Shown here: positions 29,610-39,711 of the stretch, piece by piece | Layout of the letters: the number at the start of each line of letters is the position of its first letter | Position numbering within the stretch: position 1 is the stretch's first letter | From: a virus | Virus record (IMG/VR): IMGVR_UViG_3300017971_000032 | Span: 1 to 64,000 of that record | DNA: 64,000 bases | Reading direction: 5' to 3' (one strand) | Notes under the pieces: model-generated | The model's input: only the letters and a program-made list of their open reading frames with translations | Told to the model about the DNA's origin: nothing | Databases searched by the model: none | Program-made: the position numbers and the translations under genes

Positions 29610-30738
29610 CTATAACCAATTTGATTGTCACCGCAGATTCATCTCGGCCGACAATGGATCGGTTGTGGACAATTTCTGGGATGCATTGCCCTCAGACAAG
29701 ATGCTGACATTGGATCCAGATTATGTGTTTCCGGTGTTTGATATAGGCACATATCGTACCTTGTTCAGTGAGGTGGACGTGGCATTGCCTTTTGATGCGC
29801 TTACTGACAAGGAACTGGAGTTGGTGAAACTGCCTAACGGTTCTAATGAATGTAGCAAGGCTGAGTTGATTAAATGGTGGGGTGATGCTATAGTCGATCA
29901 TATATATAAGGCTTGGGATCCTACTAAATTTCATTTAGTGTTTCACAGCAGTGGGTGGGACAGCCGTGCGGTGTCTGGGGCTGTGTGGCGGGGTGTAAGG
30001 GAAGAGTTAGGTTGGGATTGGGATTGGGATGACGTGCTGTTTGTATGTATAGGGCCAGAGAGTGACGAATTCAAGTGTATTATGGAATACGAGGGTTGGG
30101 AAGACTATCAGTATGTGGCAGTAACTGATATGATTAGCCATTATGATAGGTGTTTGGATTTTCACGATGCTTGGCAGTGGTTGAATGGCCCCATCAACCT
30201 TGGATATAATATGAATTGGGTGTTGATTGAGCATTTGCAGCGCGAGGGATTGGTGCCTGAGCATGATGATGACATCCAACTATTTACCGGACGCAATGAC
30301 GTAGTGTTTGAAGTTAGTGCTGGATCTGATTGTACACTTAAACGAGATTATCTTCACAACTACAGCGCTGTTACCAGTTCTGTGTTGTACAAGGTTGACG
30401 ATTTGGTGTTGCCTCTTATGTCGTATGATGTGGTGCGCACGTTGGCCACATCCACAGCGCGTGTGGGTTATGCCTCCATGCGTCGAGATCTGGTGGCTTA
30501 CATGGATGAAGGTCTGGCCAAGTTCAATCGCATTCAAGATCCGTTCCCAACTATGGAAATAGGGCAGCATGAGCGAGCGATTCAGGATTACAAGGAATCG
30601 TGGTATGGTCAGAATGTGCATCCATCGTTGAAATCATCATCCGCTATATTGTCATATGATGAGTGGTGGAGCAGATGGACGTGTGCTGTTATTGTGGAGC
30701 ACTTGTTGGAAGAAGGCTATGACATCACAATTGGCTAA
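29602..30738 (+). CDS. Asparagine-synthetase-like PP-loop ATP pyrophosphatase domain protein
   Basis: HSSGWDSR PP-loop; no glutaminase domain evident. Confidence 0.6.
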   Translation: MSDYNQFDCHRRFISADNGSVVDNFWDALPSDKMLTLDPDYVFPVFDIGTYRTLFSEVDVALPFDALTDKELELVKLPNGSNECSKAELIKWWGDAIVDHIYKAWDPTKFHLVFHSSGWDSRAVSGAVWRGVREELGWDWDWDDVLFVCIGPESDEFKCIMEYEGWEDYQYVAVTDMISHYDRCLDFHDAWQWLNGPINLGYNMNWVLIEHLQREGLVPEHDDDIQLFTGRNDVVFEVSAGSDCTLKRDYLHNYSAVTSSVLYKVDDLVLPLMSYDVVRTLATSTARVGYASMRRDLVAYMDEGLAKFNRIQDPFPTMEIGQHERAIQDYKESWYGQNVHPSLKSSSAILSYDEWWSRWTCAVIVEHLLEEGYDITIG

Positions 30739-31336
30739 GGTTGCATTGGTGTGCCCTTCTTTGAATCTGTGCAGGGCGCAAGATACGTTAGTTAAGGCTG
30801 AACATACAGCAGGCGTGCCTGTGGAGTTGATCGCATCGCATGACAAACATGGTGAAGGGTTTACTAAGGCAGTGAACAGAGGATGGCGTGCGGCATTGGA
30901 TGTTGACGATGTCACGCACTTGACTGTAATCAATGACGACACGCACCCTGACCGGATTGAGACAGGATGGCTCAGGCGATTAGTAGAGGCTTTGGAAAGT
31001 CACACCAATTTTGGAGTATGCGGGCCAAGTGGCCCATGTCGCACGGATCCTCAGAAGTCAGGCAAGCCTGGAATGCCTAAGCGTGTGGTAGGTGTCCAGC
31101 CCTATAGTCTAGCATTTTTCATGGTGGTTATGAAGCGCCAAGTGATGGATGATGTAGGGTTGTTGGACGAGAATTATATACATTATGGCAGTGATAATGA
31201 CTGGTGCCATAGGGCTGCCAAGGCTGGTTGGCGCGTGGTATGGGTGCAGGATGTGTATATGCCTCACGATGTGGGATCTATCAAACATGAGTGGCGTGCA
31301 CATGATAGATCACTATACCTTAACAAATGGGGTTGA
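30719..31336 (+). CDS. Glycosyltransferase family 2
   Basis: GFTKAVNRG, INDD, VGLLDE...YGSDNDWC. Confidence 0.8.
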   Translation: MTSQLAKVALVCPSLNLCRAQDTLVKAEHTAGVPVELIASHDKHGEGFTKAVNRGWRAALDVDDVTHLTVINDDTHPDRIETGWLRRLVEALESHTNFGVCGPSGPCRTDPQKSGKPGMPKRVVGVQPYSLAFFMVVMKRQVMDDVGLLDENYIHYGSDNDWCHRAAKAGWRVVWVQDVYMPHDVGSIKHEWRAHDRSLYLNKWG

Positions 31337-31992
31337 TGATGCCTAAGTTGGTGGTGTACACAGCCCTGTATGGTAATTACGACACATTGCGAGATCAACC
31401 ACACAACCCTGACGTGGAATATCGTTGTTATGGTGACACGCCACAGCCATCCAAGACCTGGAAGTTCATTAAGCAGAATAGGCATCAACCGACAGTGGTG
31501 AGGGATGCTCGCAGGGTGAAGACATTAAGTCATTATTATGTGACTCAATGCATGTATTGTACTTGGATGGATACTAATTTGCTGTTGTGGGATGACCCAC
31601 TAAAGATTTGCGAGAAGTATTTGAAGGATGCGGATTTTGCCTTGTTCAGACATCCACATCGTGATTGCATATATGATGAAGTAAGAGCTTGTATAGAATA
31701 CCGCAAAGACAAACCAGAGATTATGAAACGCCAGGTGGAACGTTATAGGGCAGAAGGGTATCCAGAACATGGTGGTTTGGCATCTACTGGTTTCTTGCTC
31801 CGCCGTCAGACAGAGGCTGTGATAAGGTTCAATGAGATGTGGTGGGCGGAGATTGAAAATGGTTCGCATCGTGATCAATTGAGCCTGCCTTATGTGCACT
31901 GGAAGACTGGCCTCAAGTTCTCTGTCATACCTGGCAGCATTCGCACAACTATGGATTTGCCGTCTTATTTGCATAAACCTTATAAGGGTTGA
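31336..31992 (+). CDS. DUF616/TOD1-like glycosyltransferase
   Basis: VYTALYGNYD, WMD, HPHRDCIYDE, RDQLS. Confidence 0.8.
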   Translation: MMPKLVVYTALYGNYDTLRDQPHNPDVEYRCYGDTPQPSKTWKFIKQNRHQPTVVRDARRVKTLSHYYVTQCMYCTWMDTNLLLWDDPLKICEKYLKDADFALFRHPHRDCIYDEVRACIEYRKDKPEIMKRQVERYRAEGYPEHGGLASTGFLLRRQTEAVIRFNEMWWAEIENGSHRDQLSLPYVHWKTGLKFSVIPGSIRTTMDLPSYLHKPYKG

Positions 31993-31994
31993 GT

Positions 31995-32552
31995 ATGCCG
32001 CTACTATCTATCGTGACCCGTTGCTATAAGCGTCCTAAGGCATTGAAAATTAACCAGGCATCTGTACTATCTCAAAAAGATGGGGATGTAGAGCATATGC
32101 TTATTGTGGATGATGAGGGACGCGGCACGTTCTGGGCTAATTGCTCGTTTTACCGCAACCATGATAAAGTTCATGGTGACTATGTGTTCATAATGGATGA
32201 TGACGACTATCTGGCGTATGATGGATTTGTAGGGCATTTGCGGGAGATTGTGGAGCGCTATCAGCCTGCTATTATCATGGTCAAGGCAGAGGCTGCCGGA
32301 CGCATATTGCCTACGGACTTGGTGTGGAAACAAGAGAGATACCCTGTGGTTGGGCAAATAGGTTCCGGCAATTTTGTGGTGCGAGCAGATCTGTGGCACA
32401 AGCATATTGAGGCATTTTGCCAGCCTGTGGCTGGTGATTATACTTTTATATGTGATGTGTTTGACGATGTTGGTAATGGGGAGATCTACTGGTTCGATAA
32501 AGTGTGCTTGCGTGCGCAAAGGGTGAGTGATGGAGCACCAGAGCATTCATGA
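31995..32552 (+). CDS. Glycosyltransferase family 2 (paralog A)
   Basis: SIVTRCYKRP, GDYVFIMDDDD. Confidence 0.75.
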   Translation: MPLLSIVTRCYKRPKALKINQASVLSQKDGDVEHMLIVDDEGRGTFWANCSFYRNHDKVHGDYVFIMDDDDYLAYDGFVGHLREIVERYQPAIIMVKAEAAGRILPTDLVWKQERYPVVGQIGSGNFVVRADLWHKHIEAFCQPVAGDYTFICDVFDDVGNGEIYWFDKVCLRAQRVSDGAPEHS

Positions 32553-33156
32553 TGAGTATGTAGCTGGTTTGGACGCTAGATTGTTGACTATAAATTTGTG
32601 GTCAACAGGCCAGAACTTCTTGGGCCATAATGTAGCCCAACGCCCTGTAGACTTATTGTTGTGGGACAGGTTTCTTCAGCGACGCACCAGCCTTAAAGCC
32701 ATCGTGGAATTGGGCTCCGCAGCATTTGGCCTGTCACTGTTTCTAGCATTGCAGGCCAAACAGCGTAGTATGGTTTTCAAGACATTTGATTGCGTGCCTA
32801 ATGATAATATACATACTCCATTGTCTAGGATGGTAGGGTTGGAGGATGACTTTGTGTTAGGTGATGTGTTTGGTGACACTAGGCAGAAGCTGATGGGTAT
32901 GCTGACTAAAGAGTTGCCGCATCCATTGCTTCTATTTTGCGATGATGGAGACAAGCCTCGTGAGTTCCGTGAGTTTGTGCCTTATATGCATGCAGGAGAC
33001 TACGTTGGGGTTCATGATTGGGGTATTGAGATAAACGCGCAGGACGTGCAGATCTTTGGTGATGCTGTGGTTCCGTTGTATTGGCGCGAGTGGGCTTCTG
33101 TAGGTAGCATAACGCGCTTTATGAAGGTGACACGATGCCCTTCCTCTCAATCGTGA
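32530..33156 (+). CDS. CmcI/Methyltransf_24-like SAM methyltransferase
   Basis: IVELGSAAFG, FCDDG, GDYVGVHD. Confidence 0.65.
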   Translation: MEHQSIHDEYVAGLDARLLTINLWSTGQNFLGHNVAQRPVDLLLWDRFLQRRTSLKAIVELGSAAFGLSLFLALQAKQRSMVFKTFDCVPNDNIHTPLSRMVGLEDDFVLGDVFGDTRQKLMGMLTKELPHPLLLFCDDGDKPREFREFVPYMHAGDYVGVHDWGIEINAQDVQIFGDAVVPLYWREWASVGSITRFMKVTRCPSSQS

Positions 33157-33686
33157 CACGTTGCTATAAGCGTCCCAAAGCGTTAAGGCTTAATGTCGTG
33201 TCTGTGGCTAAGCAGACAGACCGCGATTGGGAGCAAGTGTTCATTACGGATGATGAGGGACGCGGTCTGTTGTGGGCTAACAAGAGTTTATATCTCAATA
33301 GGCACCGTGTTAAGGGTGACTATGTATTAATATTAGATGATGATAATATACTATATCACAACAAGGTTGTAGAGCACTTGAAGGCAGTTGTGGCGGCACA
33401 TGATCCTGACATATTGATAGTAAAATTACATCAGATCAAACGCTTATTACCTACAGATGAAGTGTGGGGTAAGCAGCCAGTCTTTGGGCACATAGACACT
33501 GGATGTTTCGTTGTCAGGCACGATGTATGGGTTGACAATATTATATTGTTTGGGCAGCCATATGGGGGTGATTGTGCATTTATAGGTGGGTTGTTTGCCC
33601 AGATAGAATATAATGGATGGAAAGTGTGTTGGCACGATGAGGTCATGACAGCTATACAAAGAGTAAGTTATGGCAAACCAGAGTGA
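33135..33686 (+). CDS. Glycosyltransferase family 2 (paralog B)
   Basis: SIVTRCYKRP, GDYVLILDDDN; paralog of 31995-32552. Confidence 0.75.
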   Translation: MPFLSIVTRCYKRPKALRLNVVSVAKQTDRDWEQVFITDDEGRGLLWANKSLYLNRHRVKGDYVLILDDDNILYHNKVVEHLKAVVAAHDPDILIVKLHQIKRLLPTDEVWGKQPVFGHIDTGCFVVRHDVWVDNIILFGQPYGGDCAFIGGLFAQIEYNGWKVCWHDEVMTAIQRVSYGKPE

Positions 33687-34548
33687 TTGGGATGAGGTAA
33701 GACCTAATGTATATATGTTGGTTAGGTCTGAGCATGTCAAGCCTGCTCCTATTATTGCAAGGTCTTCCAAACCGCGCAAGACGTTGCACCGTGATAAGCC
33801 TGGAGTGAGGCAGCGCACAACCGGCAAATTTGCGTCCATATCTGTAGTGATGATGACTCACAACCGTGGCGGATTGAGATTGCGCAATACATTGGATTCC
33901 TTGTTGTGCCATCAAAGCTATTTGCCTAAGGAAGTTGTGGTTGTAGACACATCTACAGATAATGACATAGCCAATGGCAATAAAGGCATCGTTGCTCTTT
34001 ATCCTAATGCTTATTGGGTGCGCAAGAAGCGGTCAGTGTTTAGCAAATCTTGGGCATTGAATTATGGTATAAGATCTTGCACAAAGTGCTCCACATTTCT
34101 AGCCTGTATGGACGTGGATGTGATGTTAAGTAGTGGGTTCATCAAGACAGCCATTGATATATTGAGACAGAGCAAGGCTTTTTTACTAGTAGATACTTAC
34201 TTGGCCCCCAGGAACATAGACATAGATCCATTTGATAATTGGCCTGTACTATTGAGGATGTGCACTAAGGCCAAACCGCGTGGGCCTGGATCCTTTCAAG
34301 CTTGCGAACGTAGATGGTGGTTCAATACACATGGATATGATGAGAGATTTAGTGGCGGCTTAGGCGGTATGGATGACGATATATGGGTGCGTGCCAAGAA
34401 ATCTGGATTGAATATAGTGTGGATACCATCTGATAAAGCACAAGCGGTTCATCAGTGGCACGAGCGTTCTCCATTGAAAGGCAGGACTAGCCACTTGTTC
34501 AGCCATGATCCTAAAGTTGTAGTTAACCCTAATGGGTGGGGCAAATAG
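33670..34548 (+). CDS. GT2/GT7C-like glycosyltransferase
   Basis: KSWALNYG, MDVD, GYDERF.G..GGMDDD, HQWH. Confidence 0.8.
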   Translation: MANQSDWDEVRPNVYMLVRSEHVKPAPIIARSSKPRKTLHRDKPGVRQRTTGKFASISVVMMTHNRGGLRLRNTLDSLLCHQSYLPKEVVVVDTSTDNDIANGNKGIVALYPNAYWVRKKRSVFSKSWALNYGIRSCTKCSTFLACMDVDVMLSSGFIKTAIDILRQSKAFLLVDTYLAPRNIDIDPFDNWPVLLRMCTKAKPRGPGSFQACERRWWFNTHGYDERFSGGLGGMDDDIWVRAKKSGLNIVWIPSDKAQAVHQWHERSPLKGRTSHLFSHDPKVVVNPNGWGK

Positions 34549-34552
34549 GAAA

Positions 34553-34564
34553 CGGTTTAGTATA
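34553..34564 (+). promoter_or_regulatory. CGGTTTAGTATA copy 4
   Basis: Exact motif directly before a structured RNA. Confidence 0.75.
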
Positions 34565-34566
34565 GC

Positions 34567-34645
34567 GAGGCTAACAGTTGACCGCTGGGCAGGTTGCCGG
34601 AAGCCAAGGGTTCGAATCCCTTGGCGGCGGTCAACTGTTAACCTC
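34567..34645 (+). ncRNA. Structured RNA candidate with long closing stem and tRNA-like T-arm
   Basis: 14-bp perfect stem taacagttgaccgc/gcggtcaactgtta, ggca-ggt-tgcc hairpin, ccaaggg-TTCGAAT-cccttgg; no anticodon arm. Confidence 0.65.
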
Positions 34646-34661
34646 AAAGAAAAGGAGTGCT

Positions 34662-35375
34662 GTGAACTGGTCTACAATTGCTTGCTTGATCCCGACCTAT
34701 AATAGACCTGACATTCTGCCAATGACTATTAAGTTGCTGGATGAGAATTTGGGCTATCCTGGCCGCATCGTGTACTTTGTTGGTAATGATGGGGATATAG
34801 ATGTTGCCCCTGTTTTGGTTGAGACGTTAAGTGAGGACATCAGGGAGAGGCTACAAATCATATGTGGCCCACGGCGTGAGAATGGCAGCGGCGGATTGGG
34901 TGATAATCTGAACAAGTTGTTAAGAGTGACCGCTAATTATCACATAGACTATCTGCTACAAATGGATGATGATCATTGGTTGATTAAGCCTATAGATTTA
35001 GTGCCCCATGTAATTCAACTGATGGATGATGGGGCTGGCTGGATACGGCTAATGGGCATTGGCTCACACCACTATACAGCCACGCTTGAAGGTAATTATT
35101 GGTATGTGCATTGGGATAGCGAGGGGCCGTACAGCTTGTATATCCCATCTAATCGTCCCCATTTAAAGCACAGAAGGTTCCACGACTTTTATGGGTACTA
35201 TCCTGAAGGTATGAAGTTAGGAGAGACTGAGGAGAGCTTTTGTCACCAATGTCGCAGGGCGTGGAGGACTGCTACAGAGAATGACAATCCGCCCAGTGTG
35301 TTAGTGCCATTGAATAACAATTCAGAATCTGCCTGGATGCATGTAGGTGTATCCTGGCAATCCAAAGGAGAATGA
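34662..35375 (+). CDS. Glycosyltransferase family 2 (GTG start after AAGGAG)
   Basis: LIPTYNRP, GNDG, QMDDD, GETE. Confidence 0.8.
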   Translation: MNWSTIACLIPTYNRPDILPMTIKLLDENLGYPGRIVYFVGNDGDIDVAPVLVETLSEDIRERLQIICGPRRENGSGGLGDNLNKLLRVTANYHIDYLLQMDDDHWLIKPIDLVPHVIQLMDDGAGWIRLMGIGSHHYTATLEGNYWYVHWDSEGPYSLYIPSNRPHLKHRRFHDFYGYYPEGMKLGETEESFCHQCRRAWRTATENDNPPSVLVPLNNNSESAWMHVGVSWQSKGE

Positions 35376-35376
35376 G

Positions 35377-36447
35377 ATGCCACAGTTGGAGGAGCTATCC
35401 ATCGAGGTTACCAATGAATGCCCTATGATGTGTATCCATTGCTCATCCGGTTCCAGCCCCAAACGGTTGCCTGATGAGATCTCAGTGGAGCTACAATTGG
35501 ATTTGATTGAGCAAGCACGGGATATGGGCGCAACTGTGCTGAGCCTGAGTGGTGGGGAGCCTTTGGTGTACCCTCACCTTATGGAGCTGGTGCGAAAGGC
35601 TGAACGGTGGGGTTATGATCGCATCCTGTTGTACACTACTGGCCATACGCACGAGCATCGTTGGGTGAATCAGCACCCTCTTGTGAGTAGGTTGTTAAGC
35701 GTGCGCAATTTGACTTGGATATTCTCGCTCCATTCTGCTAACCCTGCGGTTAATGACCACATCATGAACCGTGAGGGTGCTACTAATCACATCAAGGACT
35801 CCGTATCTTGGTTGGTGAGCCAAGGTGCCGATGTTGAGATTCACATGGTGCCAATGAAAATCAACTTCACCAGCATTGCTGGCTTGCGCCAATGGTGCTC
35901 TTCTATAGGTGTGAGTAAGATGAGTTTGCTGCGGTTTGTGCCCCAAACACGTGGTGCGGCCAACAAGGACGCATTGCTGATGGACGTGCCTGATTTCTCA
36001 TTGATGCAGGCCATTATGCATATTCAGACTACCATGTCCGCCAGCCCTACAGACCTGCGACTAGGATGCCCGATTGACTTCAGACACTCTCTTGGATTGG
36101 TGTCGGAGAAACAAAAGCCATGCCATGCTGGTGATGATCTTATTCTTGTGCGGCCAGATGGTGCTGCCCATCCTTGCGCTGCTTGGAAGTCTTTGCCGTC
36201 TGACGCCAACGTGCGGGACTACAGCCTGGAGAGCATTTTCAATGATAGTACGGTGTTCCAAGCCGTACGTCACTTCAAGTACGACAGGGGATGGGATCGC
36301 ATCGAGGGATGCAAGGATTGTAAGTATGTGGAGAGTTGTATGGGTGGTTGCCCTGCTCAACGTCTTCATGCCTATGGCAAGAAGCTGGATGCGTTGTTTG
36401 CCGCCCCTGGCGATCCATTGTGTCACATGGTGAGGGGTAATGTCTGA
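35377..36447 (+). CDS. Radical SAM/SPASM domain protein
   Basis: CPMMCIHC, SGGEP; SPASM C...G...HPC...CKDC...CMGGCP. Confidence 0.85.
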   Translation: MPQLEELSIEVTNECPMMCIHCSSGSSPKRLPDEISVELQLDLIEQARDMGATVLSLSGGEPLVYPHLMELVRKAERWGYDRILLYTTGHTHEHRWVNQHPLVSRLLSVRNLTWIFSLHSANPAVNDHIMNREGATNHIKDSVSWLVSQGADVEIHMVPMKINFTSIAGLRQWCSSIGVSKMSLLRFVPQTRGAANKDALLMDVPDFSLMQAIMHIQTTMSASPTDLRLGCPIDFRHSLGLVSEKQKPCHAGDDLILVRPDGAAHPCAAWKSLPSDANVRDYSLESIFNDSTVFQAVRHFKYDRGWDRIEGCKDCKYVESCMGGCPAQRLHAYGKKLDALFAAPGDPLCHMVRGNV

Positions 36448-37444
36448 GCTATTGAAACATATCACTGGCCACAACCCCAAGACTAGAATCATCACTCTAA
36501 GCAATCAGTCGGCTTTGAGCAAGGTCACGGAGTTCGTTCCAACCGGTTGCCCGCCACTGGATTGGATCATGGGTGGGGGCGTGCCGGCAGGGCGCATAAC
36601 GGAGATCTATGGTGACACTTCAACAGGCAAGACGCTTCTGGCTGAGCATATTCTGGCCGAGACGCAGGCCATGGGTGGCACTGCCGTATTGCTGGATACT
36701 GAAACAGCCATTGATCAGCATTTGGCTGAGACCATAGGCATAGATATAGAAGAGTTGCTGTACGCTAATCCTGAGACTATTGAGGATGTATACAAGACCA
36801 TACAGGAGTTTATCGAAGCCAAGCGCGAAGTTGATCCTGATGGGCTAATGACAATTGTGTGGGATAGTGTAGCTGCTACATCCTCAGAGGAAGAAGTTGA
36901 GAAGGTCAGGAAGGAAGGCTTGGGTGCCCGCACGGTAGCCACGCATGCTCGGCTCATATCCAAAATGTGTCGGGTGATGAGACGTGAGGTAGCATCAGAG
37001 CGCTTGGCATTGGTATTGATAAATCAAACACGCCAGAAGATCGGAGTTTTGTTTGGGGATGACAAGAGTACGTTCGGTGGCCGAGCAATTGGGTACTACT
37101 CATCTGTTAGGCTTGAATTGGCGCAGCGTGGTCAGATCAAGGATCATGGGGATGTGATAGGCATTAAGGCTAGAGCATATGTGGCCAAGAACAAGGTGGC
37201 TCCACCATTTGGCCAATGTACCATACCTATATTGTTTGACGTGGGTATAGACGAGCCTGGGGCCATGTTGGAATGGTTGAAGTCCCAAGACGTTATCACT
37301 ACTGCTGGGGGATGGCATCGCATAACTTTGGATGGAGAAGAGCACTCATTCCAACGCCCATCTTGGCCTGAGTTGTATCTCAAACACAGGTCTGAGATAC
37401 TGAGTTGGATGTTTGATACGGAGGACACTAATGAATTTGATTGA
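36440..37444 (+). CDS. recA: RecA-like recombinase
   Basis: GRITEIYGDTSTGKT, DSVAA, INQTR, GGRA, KNKVAPPF. Confidence 0.9.
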   Translation: MSELLKHITGHNPKTRIITLSNQSALSKVTEFVPTGCPPLDWIMGGGVPAGRITEIYGDTSTGKTLLAEHILAETQAMGGTAVLLDTETAIDQHLAETIGIDIEELLYANPETIEDVYKTIQEFIEAKREVDPDGLMTIVWDSVAATSSEEEVEKVRKEGLGARTVATHARLISKMCRVMRREVASERLALVLINQTRQKIGVLFGDDKSTFGGRAIGYYSSVRLELAQRGQIKDHGDVIGIKARAYVAKNKVAPPFGQCTIPILFDVGIDEPGAMLEWLKSQDVITTAGGWHRITLDGEEHSFQRPSWPELYLKHRSEILSWMFDTEDTNEFD

Positions 37445-37691
37445 TTTGCTCAGGGTTGTGGCATCTTCCAGGACACGCATCAATGCCATGGCCATGACGT
37501 TCGATGGCGTTTACTCTTATCTGGATGATAATTTGCCCGTGGCGTTGGAGCATGATGCCGAGTTCATGCATTATGATCAGGCAGCATTGGCCAATAACAT
37601 TGCAAGTAATCTTAAGCGTGTGGCAGAGCTTATGGATAGTATGGTGGAGGCATTGAACGAGGAGCAAAAGCTGGAGAGCACCTCGCACTGA
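37431..37691 (+). CDS. Hypothetical protein
   Basis: GGAGG RBS. Confidence 0.45.
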   Translation: MNLIDLLRVVASSRTRINAMAMTFDGVYSYLDDNLPVALEHDAEFMHYDQAALANNIASNLKRVAELMDSMVEALNEEQKLESTSH

Positions 37692-37765
37692 CGCATGGGG
37701 GCCATACAGAAGATGGAAGCGTCACAAAGATCAATTGTATCCACCTAAGTGTAAGTCTAGCAAGG

Positions 37766-38689
37766 ATGAAGATGAATCTGATAATCGACGGGACGAATCT
37801 GGCTCACAGGGCACGTCATGCGTATGACCTGTCTTACAGGGGCAAGGATACGTCAACCACATATGGCGTGATGCGCATGTTGGCGGCTTTAGTGAGGAAC
37901 TACAACCCCTCATCCGTGGTATTTGCCTGGGATGGAGGTACACCTGGCTTCCGGCGCAGGCTCGTTCCTGAGTACAAATCCAAGCGCAAGCATGAGGAAG
38001 ATCCAACGTGGCTGGAGTTCTTGGCTCAATTAGGTGAGCTTGAGAAGATCTTGCCATACACTGGGGTGCTTCAGGTTAAGCGCAGAGGCATAGAAGCTGA
38101 TGATATCATGGCCCATGCGGCTCAGATGCTGACAGGTGATAATTTGATAATCACTACAGATGATGATCTGCTACAATGCGTGGATGACGCCACATCTGTG
38201 TTCAAGCCTGGAGGCAAGAAGGGCACTATCTATCGCATGTCTAATTTTGAGGATAAAGTAGGCTGGCCACCATTCAAGTTCGTATTGAGTAAAGTGTTGC
38301 AAGGTGATAGTAGTGATAACATCAAGGGTGTTTTTGGCATTGGCCCCAAGACTGCTCACAAGTTGTTACAACATGACAATGTGTTAGAAGCTGCCTCCCC
38401 CAAACTTAGGGATAGGATTGAAAAGTTCATCGAAGATGGGTCATACGTCAAAGCCTACGGGGCAATAGATCTAAGCCATGATAGAGCAGGTGCTAGATTG
38501 ACTATATTGCGTTCCAAATGGCATCCAGCTCATGTCAAACGTTTGTATAAGTGGTGTATAGACAGGGGTTTTGTTAGCATTATTGAGCAAGAGAGCCTGA
38601 GCGTATTCGGGCGTTTGCGGGAGCCACAGTTTGATAAGTTGTTGCGTCGCACTCCATTGGTATGGGATTATGGCAGAGCAGAACATTGA
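37766..38689 (+). CDS. 5'-3' exonuclease/flap endonuclease
   Basis: IDG, R....PEYK..R, EADD, DDDLLQ, GDSSDNIKGVFGIGPKTA. Confidence 0.9.
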   Translation: MKMNLIIDGTNLAHRARHAYDLSYRGKDTSTTYGVMRMLAALVRNYNPSSVVFAWDGGTPGFRRRLVPEYKSKRKHEEDPTWLEFLAQLGELEKILPYTGVLQVKRRGIEADDIMAHAAQMLTGDNLIITTDDDLLQCVDDATSVFKPGGKKGTIYRMSNFEDKVGWPPFKFVLSKVLQGDSSDNIKGVFGIGPKTAHKLLQHDNVLEAASPKLRDRIEKFIEDGSYVKAYGAIDLSHDRAGARLTILRSKWHPAHVKRLYKWCIDRGFVSIIEQESLSVFGRLREPQFDKLLRRTPLVWDYGRAEH

Positions 38690-38832
38690 TGACGGTTTTG
38701 ATCCTGACAAGGCTAGTGAGAGCTGTGCTGCTTTGAAAGCCTACTTGGAATACATCCAGTGCATAGAAAGAACGTACGAGGCTGTGCTAGGCTATTTAAG
38801 CCTTGCCCTAGAAAGTTATGAAAGGAAAAACG

Positions 38833-39078
38833 ATGGATAACCATAAGCCAGAATCTGAGATGGATAACCCTAAGCCAGAATCTGAATCGTTTATCACATC
38901 CAAGACCGCTGTGGATAAGTGGCCTGTAATATCAGTAGGTGATGAGGTGGTGGTGGGTGACATGCTATTCGTCATCCAAAGGCTGAATGCTTCTAGCGTA
39001 GTGATAAGGCCACAGGTAGACGGTATGAGAGCCAAGGACGCTATGGCAGTGTTGCGCAAAAAGGCTGCAGATGGGTAA
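38833..39078 (+). CDS. Hypothetical protein with a 27-bp N-terminal tandem duplication
   Basis: MDNHKPESE/MDNPKPESE (38832-38885). Confidence 0.5.
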   Translation: MDNHKPESEMDNPKPESESFITSKTAVDKWPVISVGDEVVVGDMLFVIQRLNASSVVIRPQVDGMRAKDAMAVLRKKAADG

Positions 39079-39529
39079 ACGCTCCAAGGAGAAGGGTGCT
39101 GCATTCGAGCGCAGAATATGTAAAATCTTAGGTGACGCTTACGGCATAGAGCTGCGCCGCACACCTTTGAGTGGTGGATGGGCTCAACACTATGATGATG
39201 TAGCGGGTGATGTGGTGGCTGTCAAGGGCACTTTTCCTTACTGTGTGGAGTGCAAGAAGGAAGAGGGTTGGAAGCTGGAGAGTTTGCTTACAGACAGCCA
39301 CGCCTGGTTCGATGCTTGGTGGATGCAAACAGTTAATGCTTGCCCATCTGGGCAAGTGCCATTGTTAATATTCTCCCGCAATTACATGCCCGTGTTTGCA
39401 GCATCTAATTGCGAAGATCTACTATCAGATTTGAGGTATGGTAATATAGATGTGTCTTATGCGATAATTGAGGACATAGCTATCATGTTATTAGATAATT
39501 TTATTGCTTGGGACAAGGAAGAGTTATGA
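39071..39529 (+). CDS. Holliday junction resolvase (Hjc-like PD-(D/E)xK)
   Basis: KGAAFER, RTPLSGG, GD, VECK. Confidence 0.8.
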   Translation: MGKRSKEKGAAFERRICKILGDAYGIELRRTPLSGGWAQHYDDVAGDVVAVKGTFPYCVECKKEEGWKLESLLTDSHAWFDAWWMQTVNACPSGQVPLLIFSRNYMPVFAASNCEDLLSDLRYGNIDVSYAIIEDIAIMLLDNFIAWDKEEL

Positions 39530-39711
39530 AATTAGTGTTAAAAGGCAAATCTCCAATAGTGGTCATAAATAGTACTACCAATGATGATTGGATAAAATCC
39601 TTGCCTGGACACTCTGACGAGGTAGACGTAATTGACGCATCGGCTACGGTTGGCGTTGAGAAAAAAGGCATCAGGTTGGTGAAGGGCCATGATAAAGAAG
39701 CTGAAACTTAG
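39526..39711 (+). CDS. Small protein upstream of the tagged ART-like gene
   Basis: MKLVLKG...NDDWIK; overlap-coupled. Confidence 0.5.
   Translation: MKLVLKGKSPIVVINSTTNDDWIKSLPGHSDEVDVIDASATVGVEKKGIRLVKGHDKEAET

Noticed and set aside
34567-34645. Canonical tRNA gene
   Set aside because: T-arm only; no anticodon arm, 7-bp acceptor stem or CCA
34578-34661. ORF-track N-terminal extension of the glycosyltransferase
   Set aside because: Overlaps the structured RNA; the RBS supports GTG 34662
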